This document shows positions 51,701 to 61,600 of a DNA stretch of 64,000 nt, one piece after another. How positions within the stretch are numbered: position 1 is the first letter of the stretch; each line of letters opens with the position of its first letter. The stretch covers positions 32,001 through 96,000 of IMG/VR virus record IMGVR_UViG_3300032401_000690; one strand, 5' to 3'. The DNA is from a virus. The notes beneath the pieces were generated by a model. That model saw only the letters and a program-made list of their open reading frames with translations. It was not told the origin of the DNA and did not search any database. The translations under genes were made by a program, and so were the position numbers.

Positions 51701-52599
51701 GGGCAAATACTGACTACTACGCATACTTGTTAGGTATTAGAACATTCTCTAACCCTGAAGCAGTTAATATTAACGTATTTGTTACTCCGGGTATTGATTA
51801 TATTAATAACTCTGATTTAGTTGAATCAGCGATTGATATGGTTGAGAACGAAAGAGCGGATTCGTTGTATATTACAACAACTCCAGATTACAACTTGTTC
51901 TTACCAACAACAACAGGTATTGATGGATTAATCTACCCACAAGAAGCGGTTGATAATTTAGATGGTACGGGTATTGATTCCAACTACACGGCAACTTACT
52001 ACCCTTGGGTATTAACTCGTGATAGTGTTAATAATACACAAATCTACATTCCACCAACTGCTGAGGTGACGAGAAACTTAGCATTAACCGATAATATCGC
52101 GTTCCCTTGGTTCGCAGCGGCGGGTTACACTCGTGGTATTGTAAATGCGGTTAAAGCACGTAAGAAGTTAACTCAAGAAGATAGAGATACACTTTACCTT
52201 GGAAGACTTAACCCAATTGCTACCTTCTCTGATGTTGGTACCGTAATTTGGGGTAATAAGACACTTCAATCAAGAGAATCAGCACTTGATAGAATCAACG
52301 TAAGAAGATTGTTATTACAAGCACGTAAGTTGATATCTTCAGTTTCAGTTAGATTGTTGTTTGATCAAAATGACGAACAAGTAAGACAAGATTTCTTAAA
52401 TGCGGTTAATCCAATTTTAGACTCTATCAGAAGAGACCGAGGTTTATATGATTTCCGAGTAACAGTTTCAAGTGATACTGCGGACTTAGACAGAAATCAA
52501 ATGACGGGTAAGATCTATATCAAACCAACTCGTTCGTTAGAATTTATTGATATAACGTTCTATATTACACCAACAGGTGCATCGTTTGAGAATATATAA
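48775..52599 (+). CDS. Contractile tail sheath protein with large insertion
   Basis: VSPGVYTSEVD, G.T.KGP; C-terminal PWFAAAG..RG, NPIATF, WGNKTL, RINVRRL, IKPTRSLEFI. Confidence 0.93.
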   Translation: MATNSKVFVSPGVYTSEVDLSFVAQSVGVTTLGIVGETLKGPAFEPIFIRNFDEFTAFFGGTSAEKFVNTQIPKYEAAYIAKSYLQQSNQLFVTRVLGLSGYDAGPSWSIVTVANVDPTTIGFDCASGETVDCNFVCTSAHTFDINVDFTGCTNNISSVGFTSNFPSQIQSILNNSYQQFNGGTSTLNDDITGTIYDIITLDNPGAGQTVIDYFGSIDTDDYNVLHPIFSAGTENNNFSVPSVSLDATNLESPLNDSWYYALFDNTGNGNYTGFSFYSYVTGTTATSTSSNCASFYSLSVGGSVTSFDPIVSGGTGYTASTTGLTTVNISGVGSGLTVDVSVSGTGVVTGVTINCEGSGYELGDIVQIVQPGSGGDATLSIIVGATTNGIINYNTNTINVCLPSGTSTCVLSTLVPTFSACTSGVSVNSVIQSSGGTANNFTSGSVTYVLTSEDSTLTTTWTVNVQINDPCNPCSFASGGTQNTGEITTCYSGQVVGKLYLYTGNSFTDYDDMVVGTLRSRGISDYVDGTNPTYEITGVTDVTLDMTGPYSGVAKNPYMSFVVNATNYEGTNYSFETSFTASDAKYIPKVFGTSNFGKPRNVVPLMMEERFQNLLNYAYKKGYIRGLSNNLISLNSAQSEESTSIGWYLDKYQSPSSPWVVSELRGTKIYNLFKFYTISDGNTANTEVKISISDISFANQTFTVLVRDYYDNDSAPTVLEKFTNCTLDPSQNNFIAKKVGTLDGEYELNSKYIMVEMNEDAPVDALPCGFEGFNFREYSGAIPPFPIYKTKYDFPGEVIYNPPFGLPTGGDNSTTTGGDNIRRTYLGMSNFWGYDSNFFEYKGKRNPISSCNLEGGEWSYRTKGYHMDKNASGLTISSAFATSGTPRFFVGDAPFASEPTSELSPYYRIFSRKFTLFVQGGFDGWDIYREFRTNGDKYVLGRIGFLNGACPTDRYPTASGWGAFKQISIGDGTRTWANTDYYAYLLGIRTFSNPEAVNINVFVTPGIDYINNSDLVESAIDMVENERADSLYITTTPDYNLFLPTTTGIDGLIYPQEAVDNLDGTGIDSNYTATYYPWVLTRDSVNNTQIYIPPTAEVTRNLALTDNIAFPWFAAAGYTRGIVNAVKARKKLTQEDRDTLYLGRLNPIATFSDVGTVIWGNKTLQSRESALDRINVRRLLLQARKLISSVSVRLLFDQNDEQVRQDFLNAVNPILDSIRRDRGLYDFRVTVSSDTADLDRNQMTGKIYIKPTRSLEFIDITFYITPTGASFENI

Positions 52600-52614
52600 A
52601 CTCACTAACAACAT

Positions 52615-52652
52615 AAACAAAATCCCCCTAACATTAGGGGGATTTTGTTTTT
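52615..52652. terminator. Bidirectional intrinsic terminator
   Basis: AAACAAAATCCCCCTAA / TTAGGGGGATTTTGTTT perfect inverted repeat. Confidence 0.8.
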
Positions 52653-52715
52653 TATAATAATTCGTTATATTTATAATGTAGATACGTATTAATAACATAT
52701 ATAAATATTTTACCA

Positions 52716-54236
52716 ATGAAAATAGAACTTAAATGTACCCATTGTAATCAATTATTCACAACGGATTATAAACACAGAGATAAACAATTTTGTGATAGAA
52801 CTTGTTATTTTAATTATGCAAGAGAAAATAAATTACTCGGTAAAACAAAGGATCCTAATGTTAGAGAAGAAAGAGAGTGCGTTCAATGTGGAATTAATTT
52901 TACTGAAAGAATAAAATATGAACGTAAACTATGTTCCAATGAGTGTAGAGAAAATTGGCAATTAATTGAATCTAATAAAAACAATAGAATAGATAAATCA
53001 AAAAAGAAACTATTGGAAAAATATGGTGTTGACTCAATATTCAAATTAGATGATTTTAAAAAAAATAAATCTCCAAGGTTTTTTGAAAAATATGGTGTTT
53101 ATCACCCAATGCTTGTACCAAAATTTGTTTCAAAACTTCAAGACACAATACGGAAAAAACATTTAATTAATTTAATACCAAAATTAGAAGATAAAAAAAT
53201 TGAACTATTAGATGATTATGTGACAAATAAATGTGGTAGTACTTCATATGTGTACAATTTTAAATGTAAGATTTGTGATAATATCTTTAGTAGTACCGTA
53301 ATGGGTTCGGGTAAAATCCCCATATGCCGTAAATGTTATCCAATAATTAAAAATTCAAATTTAGAACAAATCATTAAAGATTTTTTAAATAAAAAAAACA
53401 TTAAACACATAGATGGTGATAGGACAATATTAGAAGGGAAAGAAATTGATATTTTTTTACCTGAATTTAATTTAGGTATTGAAATTAATGGTAATTACTT
53501 TCATTCAGAGTTAGGTGGGGATAAAACAAAATTTTACCACATTAATAAAACAACTTTATCAAATAATAAAAACACAACATTAATACATTTTTATGAAGAT
53601 GAGATATTGTTAAAAACGGATATTGTGATTTCAAAATTATCAAGTAAATTAAATTTAAATAACACAATTTACGGTAGAAAGTGTGTTATTAAAGAAATCA
53701 CTAAAAAAGAATCAACTTTTTTTTTAAATGAAAATCATTTACAAGGTAATACAATTGATAAAATTAGATATGGACTTTTTTATGAAAATAATTTAGTGTC
53801 GGTAATGACGTTTGGTAAAAAAAGAAAATCGTTAGGAAATAAAATTAAAAATGATGGGGAATACGAGTTGGTTAGATTTTGTAATAAAAAATTCATAAAT
53901 GTGGTGGGGGGATTTTCAAAAATTTTAAAACATTTTATAAAGTTACATTCCCCAATCAAAATAGAAACTTTTGCCGATATTCGTTGGTCAGGGGTTAACT
54001 CATTAAAAACAGTTTACCACAAAAATAATTTTACATATGTAAGACAAACACCACCCAATTATTGGTATATTAAAACGGATAAATATATTAATAGACAACA
54101 TAGATTCTCATTTAGAAAAGATGTATTAGTAAGAGAGGGGTACGATAAAGAATTGACTGAATGGGATATTATGAAATTAAAAGGTTATGATAGAATATGG
54201 GATTGTGGGTCATTAAAATATGAACTTATTTTATAA
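52716..54236 (+). CDS. Putative homing endonuclease (Hef-like, Zn-finger N-terminus)
   Basis: CxxC..FC..C repeats, EKYGV repeats, EIDIFLP...IEINGNYFHS, NH.QG, IWDCG. Confidence 0.8.
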   Translation: MKIELKCTHCNQLFTTDYKHRDKQFCDRTCYFNYARENKLLGKTKDPNVREERECVQCGINFTERIKYERKLCSNECRENWQLIESNKNNRIDKSKKKLLEKYGVDSIFKLDDFKKNKSPRFFEKYGVYHPMLVPKFVSKLQDTIRKKHLINLIPKLEDKKIELLDDYVTNKCGSTSYVYNFKCKICDNIFSSTVMGSGKIPICRKCYPIIKNSNLEQIIKDFLNKKNIKHIDGDRTILEGKEIDIFLPEFNLGIEINGNYFHSELGGDKTKFYHINKTTLSNNKNTTLIHFYEDEILLKTDIVISKLSSKLNLNNTIYGRKCVIKEITKKESTFFLNENHLQGNTIDKIRYGLFYENNLVSVMTFGKKRKSLGNKIKNDGEYELVRFCNKKFINVVGGFSKILKHFIKLHSPIKIETFADIRWSGVNSLKTVYHKNNFTYVRQTPPNYWYIKTDKYINRQHRFSFRKDVLVREGYDKELTEWDIMKLKGYDRIWDCGSLKYELIL

Positions 54237-54241
54237 TTAAC

Positions 54242-54270
54242 AAAAAAGGGAGACAAGTTCTCCCTTTTTT
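54242..54270. terminator. Bidirectional intrinsic terminator
   Basis: AAAAAAGGGAGA / TCTCCCTTTTTT inverted repeat. Confidence 0.8.
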
Positions 54271-54277
54271 TATTTAT

Positions 54278-55192
54278 ATGATATTTATTAATATGAATTA
54301 TAAAATCTTAACCAGACAAATCATTACCGAAATGGTAAATGAAATAGAAGAAAAACAATATGTTTTAAAGTATTATGCTTTTGATTGGGACGATAATCTA
54401 ATGAAAATGCCAACACAAATTGTTCTAAAGAATGAAGAAGGTAATGAAGTTGGTATGTCAACTGAAGACTTTGCGGAATATAGAACCGAGATTGGTGAAA
54501 AACCATTTAATTATAATGGTGAGACTATTATTGGTTTTGGTAATGATCCGTTCAGATATTTTAGAACTGCGGGTGATCAAAAATTCTTACGTGATATAGA
54601 AAACGCACCATTAGTAAGAGGTCCTTGGATGGATTTTGTTGAGGCGATTAACAACGGATCAGTATTCTCAATTATTACCGCTAGAGGTCACAACCCAAAT
54701 ACCCTTAAAAAAGGTGTGTATAAATTAATAATGATGGGTCGTGGTGGTTTAGATAAAGAACAACTAGTTGATAGTTTAAATATTTATAGACAAAAAATGG
54801 GACTTAAACCAATGTCTGATGAAAATACCTTAATTAAAGATTATTTAGATAGATGTAAATTTTATCCGGTAAGTTTTGGTGAAGGATCTGCAACCAACCC
54901 TGAAGAAGGTAAAGTTCGTGCAATGGAAGAATTTATAAGTTATGTGAAAAGATTATCACTTAGATTACAGAAAAAAGAATATCAATTTGTAAATGATGTG
55001 AGTAATAAATTTGTTCCAGTTTCACCTATGGTAGGATTTTCAGATGATGATATAAGAAATGTTGATGTTATGAAAAAACATTTTGAAAAAGAACCAGATA
55101 ATATATTAAGAACTTATCATACTAAAGATGATGAAAAAACTATGATAGAGCAACTAATTAATAGAACAATATTAAAAATTAAGTCAAAGTAA
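54278..55192 (+). CDS. HAD-superfamily phosphatase-like protein
   Basis: FDWDDNL (motif I), ITARG (II), K (III), FSDDD..N (IV). Confidence 0.7.
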   Translation: MIFINMNYKILTRQIITEMVNEIEEKQYVLKYYAFDWDDNLMKMPTQIVLKNEEGNEVGMSTEDFAEYRTEIGEKPFNYNGETIIGFGNDPFRYFRTAGDQKFLRDIENAPLVRGPWMDFVEAINNGSVFSIITARGHNPNTLKKGVYKLIMMGRGGLDKEQLVDSLNIYRQKMGLKPMSDENTLIKDYLDRCKFYPVSFGEGSATNPEEGKVRAMEEFISYVKRLSLRLQKKEYQFVNDVSNKFVPVSPMVGFSDDDIRNVDVMKKHFEKEPDNILRTYHTKDDEKTMIEQLINRTILKIKSK

Positions 55193-55260
55193 ATAGAAAA
55201 ATTATTACTCCGGTATATTTATAATAAAAACAATAAACTAAAAATTAAAATAAAAAAATT

Positions 55261-55749
55261 ATGGCTGATTTATTAATGAAAATGCCAGTTCCTTACGAAC
55301 CGAAAAGACAGAACCGATTTATAGTAAGATTCCCATCATCGTTGGGGATAAACGAGTGGTTTGTTGAAAGTGCTGCAAGACCATCAATTAAAATCGGTTC
55401 AACAGAAATTCAATTCCTAAATACTTCAACATTTGTTGCTGGTAGATTTAACTGGGATCCAATTACTGTTAAATTCCGTGATCCAATTGGACCATCTGCT
55501 TCTCAAGCATTAATGGAATGGGTTCGTTTATGTGCTGAATCTGTTACGGGACGTATGGGATATGCCGCAGGATACAAGAAAAATGTTGACATTGAGATGT
55601 TAGATCCAACAGGTGTTGTTGTTGAGAAATGGATATTAGAGGGTACATTCTTAACAGATGTGAATTTTGGTTCATTAGGTTATAGTACTGACGCATTGGC
55701 TGATATTAGTGCAACTTTACGAATGGATCGTTGCATCCTCGTGTATTGA
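55261..55749 (+). CDS. Tail tube protein (T4 gp19-like)
   Basis: EPKRQNRF, W..ITV.F.DPI, EW..L, MLDPTG..VEKW.L.G.F; downstream of the sheath gene. Confidence 0.88.
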   Translation: MADLLMKMPVPYEPKRQNRFIVRFPSSLGINEWFVESAARPSIKIGSTEIQFLNTSTFVAGRFNWDPITVKFRDPIGPSASQALMEWVRLCAESVTGRMGYAAGYKKNVDIEMLDPTGVVVEKWILEGTFLTDVNFGSLGYSTDALADISATLRMDRCILVY

Positions 55750-55769
55750 AATTTATACTTAAAAATAAT

Positions 55770-55808
55770 AAAAACCTGCAAGATTTACAATAGTCTTGTG
55801 GGTTTTTT
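55770..55808 (+). terminator. Probable intrinsic terminator
   Basis: ACCTGCAAGA / TCTTGTGGGT stem (with G-U pairs) plus T tract. Confidence 0.6.
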
Positions 55809-55854
55809 ATTTACTATGGTCTAATGTGAATTATTTTTTAATAAAAAGAATTAT

Positions 55855-56619
55855 ATGGAAAATGATGCGTCACAATATGGACAAATGGATTTTAATTTAC
55901 CACACGATGTGGTACAACTTCCTTCAAGAGGAGTATTTTATAAATCTAAAAAGAAAAGTGTAAAAGTTGGATACTTAACGGCATCTGATGAAAACATTTT
56001 ATCAAATATAAATTCCAACAAAACAATTAAGGAATCAATAGTTTTACCATTATTAAGAGGTAAAATATATGAATCTGATCTTAGGCCCGAAGATTTGTTA
56101 GATGGTGATGTTGAGGCGTTGTTATTATATCTAAGAAATACTTCATTTGGTCCTGAGTATGTTGTGACACTTAAAGATCCTGGAACGGGAAAAGAATTTG
56201 AGGCAACAATTCTTCTTGACGAATTAAATATTCAAAAAACTGAAGAACAACCTAACGATGAGGGTTATTTAAAAACTACTTTACCTAGAAGTAAGTCAAG
56301 TGTTACTTTGAAGTTTTTAACTATGAGAGAAAATATTGAGATTGATCACATTCTTGAGTCGTATCCTTCAGGGATTATACCACCAACGCACACATTAAAA
56401 TTAAGTAAAATGATTGTTGATATTGATGGTAATAGTGATAGAGGTGATATCTCAAAATTTATTGAAACAATGCCAATTATGGATTCAAAACATATTAAAA
56501 AATTTATGTCCAATAATGAATCTAGATTAGATTTAAATAAAGAAGTTATCGCCCCATCAGGAGAAAGAGTGAACGTAAGTATCGCTTTTGGGGTGGAGTT
56601 TTTTCGGCCTTTCTTCTAA
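55855..56619 (+). CDS. Tail assembly chaperone / baseplate hub assembly protein (gp26-like)
   Basis: V.LPSRG.FY, LTASDE.IL, LL.GD..ALL..LR..SFG; lies between tube and tape measure genes. Confidence 0.7.
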   Translation: MENDASQYGQMDFNLPHDVVQLPSRGVFYKSKKKSVKVGYLTASDENILSNINSNKTIKESIVLPLLRGKIYESDLRPEDLLDGDVEALLLYLRNTSFGPEYVVTLKDPGTGKEFEATILLDELNIQKTEEQPNDEGYLKTTLPRSKSSVTLKFLTMRENIEIDHILESYPSGIIPPTHTLKLSKMIVDIDGNSDRGDISKFIETMPIMDSKHIKKFMSNNESRLDLNKEVIAPSGERVNVSIAFGVEFFRPFF

Positions 56620-56758
56620 TCACACCGCACATATATTAGATGAATATTATCTATTAGCAAAAATTTTGAGAACTTCTTATACCGAATTTATGAAAATGCC
56701 AACATATATTCGTAGATATCTTATTGATAAAATTGTTGAGGAACATAAAAAACAATAA
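56588..56758 (+). CDS. Short overlapping ORF in the +1 frame (probable frameshift extension of the chaperone)
   Basis: LGWSFFGLSSNHTAHILDEYYLLAKILRTSYTEFMKMPTYIRRYLIDKIVEEHKKQ*; overlaps GAGTTTTTTCGG. Confidence 0.6.
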   Translation: MGWSFFGLSSNHTAHILDEYYLLAKILRTSYTEFMKMPTYIRRYLIDKIVEEHKKQ

Positions 56759-56790
56759 GAAAACTATTTATTGTAAAATATTGATTATTT

Positions 56791-58590
56791 ATGATGGCAG
56801 ATGAAAAGGCTCCCAGTGTTGATTCAGGAAATGATTACCTAGGATTTGATGTTGTTTCACAACTAAGTACATTATGGCAAAAACCCACAAATGTACTTAA
56901 TCAAATTGGAACTGTTATGGAGGGTGCTTTAAAAGCAATACCCAAAGCCATTGCGGATTTAGATTCAAAATCGGCAGTTTTAATAAATGCTCTTGGTGTT
57001 GGTAGTGGTAGAGGTGCGGAATTAACACAAACACTTGCTAGGGCAATTCCACAATATTTAGAATTAGGTTTAAAATCTGGTAAAGTTGTTGAAGATCAAC
57101 AAAAATTAATTGAGGCATTTAATGTTAATTTAAGATTGACTGATAAGCAACTTGTTGAATTGGCAGCAACGGCAATGGTTACGGGTCAGGCTGGTGAATT
57201 AATGGGTAAAAGTTTCATGGATGTTGGTATTCCATTATCAATGGTTGGTGATAGAATGAAAGAAGTTGTTGAGGTTGCAAACCAAGCGGGGGTAACTGTT
57301 AAGTCAGTTTCGGCTGGTGTTGTTAAGAATCTTGACAAAATGAATATCTACAATTTTGAAGGTGGTGTTAAAGGTTTGGCAAAAATGGCGGCACAGGCAT
57401 CAAGGTTAGGTATTGATATGGAAAAAATATTCACTGTTACTGAGAAGGTATTTAATCCTGAAGGTGCTATTGAGATGGCGGCCGGACTCCAAAGATTAGG
57501 TGTTACATCAAGTGAAATGTTAGATCCATTGAGATTAATGGATTTGGCTCAAAATGACCCTGAAGAATTACAAAATCAAATTGTTAATCTTGGTAAAGAA
57601 TTTACTGTTTTTAACAAACAAACCAACTCATTTGAAATATTACCAGGGGCTAAGAGAAGAATGCAGGAAATTGGTAAGGAACTTGGTATGACAGGTGGGG
57701 AATTCCAAAAAATGACTCTTAATGCCGCAAATTTTGATATGAAATTAAAATCAATCAAATTTGCTACTGGAGTAAAAGATGAGGATAAGGAATTAATTGC
57801 GACTATGGCACAGATAAATAAGTCGGGTGTTGCGGAGATTAAAGTTCGTCAAATGGTTACCGATAAGGAGGGTAAAGAAACTTGGACGGGTAAATATGAT
57901 GTAAAAGATGTTGATAAACTAACTCCTGGTGATATAGAAGCATTAAAAGAGGAAGAAATGCTTCAGGGAGCAACTATGGAAGATATTGCTAAACAACAAT
58001 TATCGCAATTAGTAACATTAAATGGGGCAATTGATAGATTAGGTGGTAGTGTTGCTTATGGTGTTGCGGGAAGTAAAACTGTTCAGGATAAGTTTAAAGG
58101 TGGAGTAAAAGAGGCAACAGAGGGAATAAATAAACTTAAACCATCTGTTACTACCGAAACTGTTGGTGATAATTTAGATGGTACTATGAAGTCAATAATG
58201 AGTTATATAGATACATTAAATTTAAATATGGGTACTATAACTACAGGTTTAGGAACTATTTATGACTATGTTAGTGATTATATTAAGGATCTTGGGGTTA
58301 AATTCCCAACATTAACAACATCAACCGCGACACCGGCAGGAACTACAACAAGTTCTGCAAGTAGTTTAGCGGCCGCTGCCGGAACCACTACACCTCCACC
58401 ACCAACAACAACGACAAATATTGCAATGACACATACATTTGATTTTAAAAATTTACCATCAAATGCTAATACTGCGGATATAAAGACAATGGTAGAGAAG
58501 GCAATAGTGGATGGTTTTAAAGATATCTCACAAGATCAGGCTCAAAACATTATTAAAGTTGGTAGTGGGTCTAATTATGGTTTAACCTAA
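56791..58590 (+). CDS. Tape measure-like protein
   Basis: Ala/Gly/Met-rich helical protein following tube and chaperone genes. Confidence 0.65.
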   Translation: MMADEKAPSVDSGNDYLGFDVVSQLSTLWQKPTNVLNQIGTVMEGALKAIPKAIADLDSKSAVLINALGVGSGRGAELTQTLARAIPQYLELGLKSGKVVEDQQKLIEAFNVNLRLTDKQLVELAATAMVTGQAGELMGKSFMDVGIPLSMVGDRMKEVVEVANQAGVTVKSVSAGVVKNLDKMNIYNFEGGVKGLAKMAAQASRLGIDMEKIFTVTEKVFNPEGAIEMAAGLQRLGVTSSEMLDPLRLMDLAQNDPEELQNQIVNLGKEFTVFNKQTNSFEILPGAKRRMQEIGKELGMTGGEFQKMTLNAANFDMKLKSIKFATGVKDEDKELIATMAQINKSGVAEIKVRQMVTDKEGKETWTGKYDVKDVDKLTPGDIEALKEEEMLQGATMEDIAKQQLSQLVTLNGAIDRLGGSVAYGVAGSKTVQDKFKGGVKEATEGINKLKPSVTTETVGDNLDGTMKSIMSYIDTLNLNMGTITTGLGTIYDYVSDYIKDLGVKFPTLTTSTATPAGTTTSSASSLAAAAGTTTPPPPTTTTNIAMTHTFDFKNLPSNANTADIKTMVEKAIVDGFKDISQDQAQNIIKVGSGSNYGLT

Positions 58591-58643
58591 TGTTGGTTAA
58601 TAAAAAAAATACATCTAAGGTATTTATAAGATAAAGGTTAAAT

Positions 58644-61600
58644 ATGTCAGATAGTATATTATCATTTGCGTCATCGTCATCATTTAGAAACAAATTAATT
58701 GCGAGGAATTTAGCACCTTATCAGGTGCAAGGTGCGTATACTGCCCCTTCTGGAAATGTAACTTATGAGGCAACACCATTAGCGGATAGTAATGTAATTG
58801 ACTCACCTGATACGTTAATTTCAACAAATCAAGGGGCAAATCAACTTTATACGTTAAATGAGTATGGTCCTGAAGGTGGGTATAGTGGAAAATATAATGT
58901 ACCGGGAGCACCTTACCCTGTTGAACCAAATAAAGGACCTTACGATCCAAATGATACGATATTAGATTTAATTAACGAATTTTATATTGATACCGCATAT
59001 ATTCAAAATAAATATGGACCTGAAGGTGGGTATAAAGATTTGGTCGTTGTTACAGATGTTATTACATCAGGTAAGATGTATTTACCATATTGGGATCCAT
59101 CAATTTTTGTTCCATCATTTTATTCTCCGTATGAAATATTAAGTAGTAGTAATCCAAATGGATCTAGTGGGTCTTTATCACAAGATTCATATCTTGCAAA
59201 GATTGGAGCGGCACAACTAAAGGGGTATTTTGAGGATAGGATTGCATTAGAAATCCAACAAATGACAATTGGGTCAATTAATTTGGATACGTTGTCTGAT
59301 CCGTTCAGTGCGAGTTTATTGGCATCAGGACAACAACCATTTTTCATTAAAAATTGGAAAATTACGGTACCTGAAAGTCCGGTATTTGCCGCAATATCAT
59401 TTGCAAATAGATTAACGGGGACATATTTTCCTGTTTCATTTATTCCTGGTGATTATTTTGATGAGAATGATCCTGTTGGTAATGTTCCATCATCATTAAA
59501 TACGGCTAATAATTTAACGGGTGGTGCTTTAGGACCTATATTAAATAAATTTAGAAATCCGTCAGAGATATTTTTGGCAAATACGGGTAATGGACAACAA
59601 TCAGTATTGTTTGCAACATTAGATTATAATATATATAGACCACAATACCAAAAGAACCTCATCCAAGGGGTGTCAAGTGCAATCAATAACTTATTTGGTG
59701 GAGGGTCGGCATCTGTTGGTGGTTATTATGTTGGTAGTGTTGATTCGGAACCAAGTCAAATTACAACACCCGCAAATGAAGTTGCCGTTGATAGATTTGG
59801 TAAACAGGTTGGAACTATTGTTTATGGTCCTGATGAACTTGCCAAACTATATGAAGGCAATGAGGATAAAATAAATTTTGGATTAAAGGCGAAATCATAT
59901 ACTGATGGTGATGGTACGGATGGTAAATTTGTATGGACATCACCAAAATATAAAGACAATGCAGGATTTAAGGTTGGACCTGGTGGGCAGAACTTCCAAA
60001 AAGATGAAGAGTTTAACATTATTGAAAGTCAATACGGACAAAACCTTTCAACGGGTATAGAATATAAGGGAGGATCTATTTTAGATAACACCCAACGAAT
60101 TGTACAGGCCGCGGACAATGTCCAAGGTGCAAAAAGATTAAAACACGTTGGTAACGCAATTAATCAAGTGTCAAAAGTATTCAACGATGGATATAAAGAG
60201 ATGACTAAAGGATCACAAGTTATTGCATATTACGATCAAAGTACGGGTGAAAATACAATTGGTGTTAGTGGTTTTGAAGTTGGTAAAGAATATTGTAGAG
60301 TATTCCAAAAAGACACACCATATTTAACATACGCCGATTTACAAAAAACTGATGGTATAACAACATCAGGTAGAAAGTTTAGTTATTCTATCTTTGATAA
60401 TACCTATAACTTGAATATTGCACCAATAAGAAATCCGGGATCAACAAATATTGTTGATGGTAAAGTTAAAAAATATATGTTCTCATTGGAGAATTTGGCG
60501 TGGAGAACATCAGATCAACCAGGTTTTACATATGATGATTTACCTACTTGTGAAAAAGGTCAAAATGGGGGTAGAATAATGTGGTTTCCACCTTATGATA
60601 TAACATTTAGTGAGGATAGTAAGGCAAATTGGAACCCTACATCATTTTTGGGTAGACCTGAACCAATATATACCTATAAGAATACGACAAGAACGGGAAG
60701 TTTAAGTTGGAAGATAGTTGTTGATTCACCCGCGATGATGAACACAATTGTTGAAAAACAATTAGCAAATAGAAGTTCTCAAGAGATAAATTCTATTATG
60801 GATTCATTTTTTGCGGGATGTGTTAAATACGATATCTATGATTTGGCAGCAAAATTTAATACAATACCGACAAGTGAGTTATATACATATCAACAAATAC
60901 TTAATGACCCAAGATTAACACCTGAAGAATATAATAATATAATAAAAGAAGTTCCGGTGGATAAGGAAAGTGGTACGGTTACTGCTCCTGGTAAAGGAGC
61001 TGACGATGGTCCTGGAACTAAAACCGACAATAAAGATACGGTAGTTGCGAATGCTACTGATCCAATATCATTAGATGTGTTAAATGCATATTTAGGTTAT
61101 GGGTTTTATTTTGAAAATGATTCACCATATTATAATCCAAACATTAAAAACCCTTCGGCTGATGATGAATGGAAAATTCAAGGACCATTAGGAAGACCAC
61201 CGGCATCACAAGTTGATGGATCATCATTCACTTATGTTGATTACTATAATTATTATATTGGATTACAGGGGACATATAATACTAAGGCACCTGAAATTGT
61301 TTGGGCATCAACTGGATCAACTTTAGATCAAGGAACAACATTTACTAAAAGTGCTATTGACCCATTCTTTTCTGATGTTGTTAAATATAATTTTGAAACA
61401 TTACAAAAGGATTTTATTACATCATTAACAAAAATTCTTGTGGATATGAAAGGTAGTGTTACTATTACGATGGAAGGATCCGCATCACCAATTCAAAATG
61501 AGACCTATAATAAATTTCTTTCTGATAGAAGAATTAATTCAGTTATTGCGTGGTTAGCAAGTTTAGATTTTGGGGAACTTAAAGGTCAAAAATATATTGA

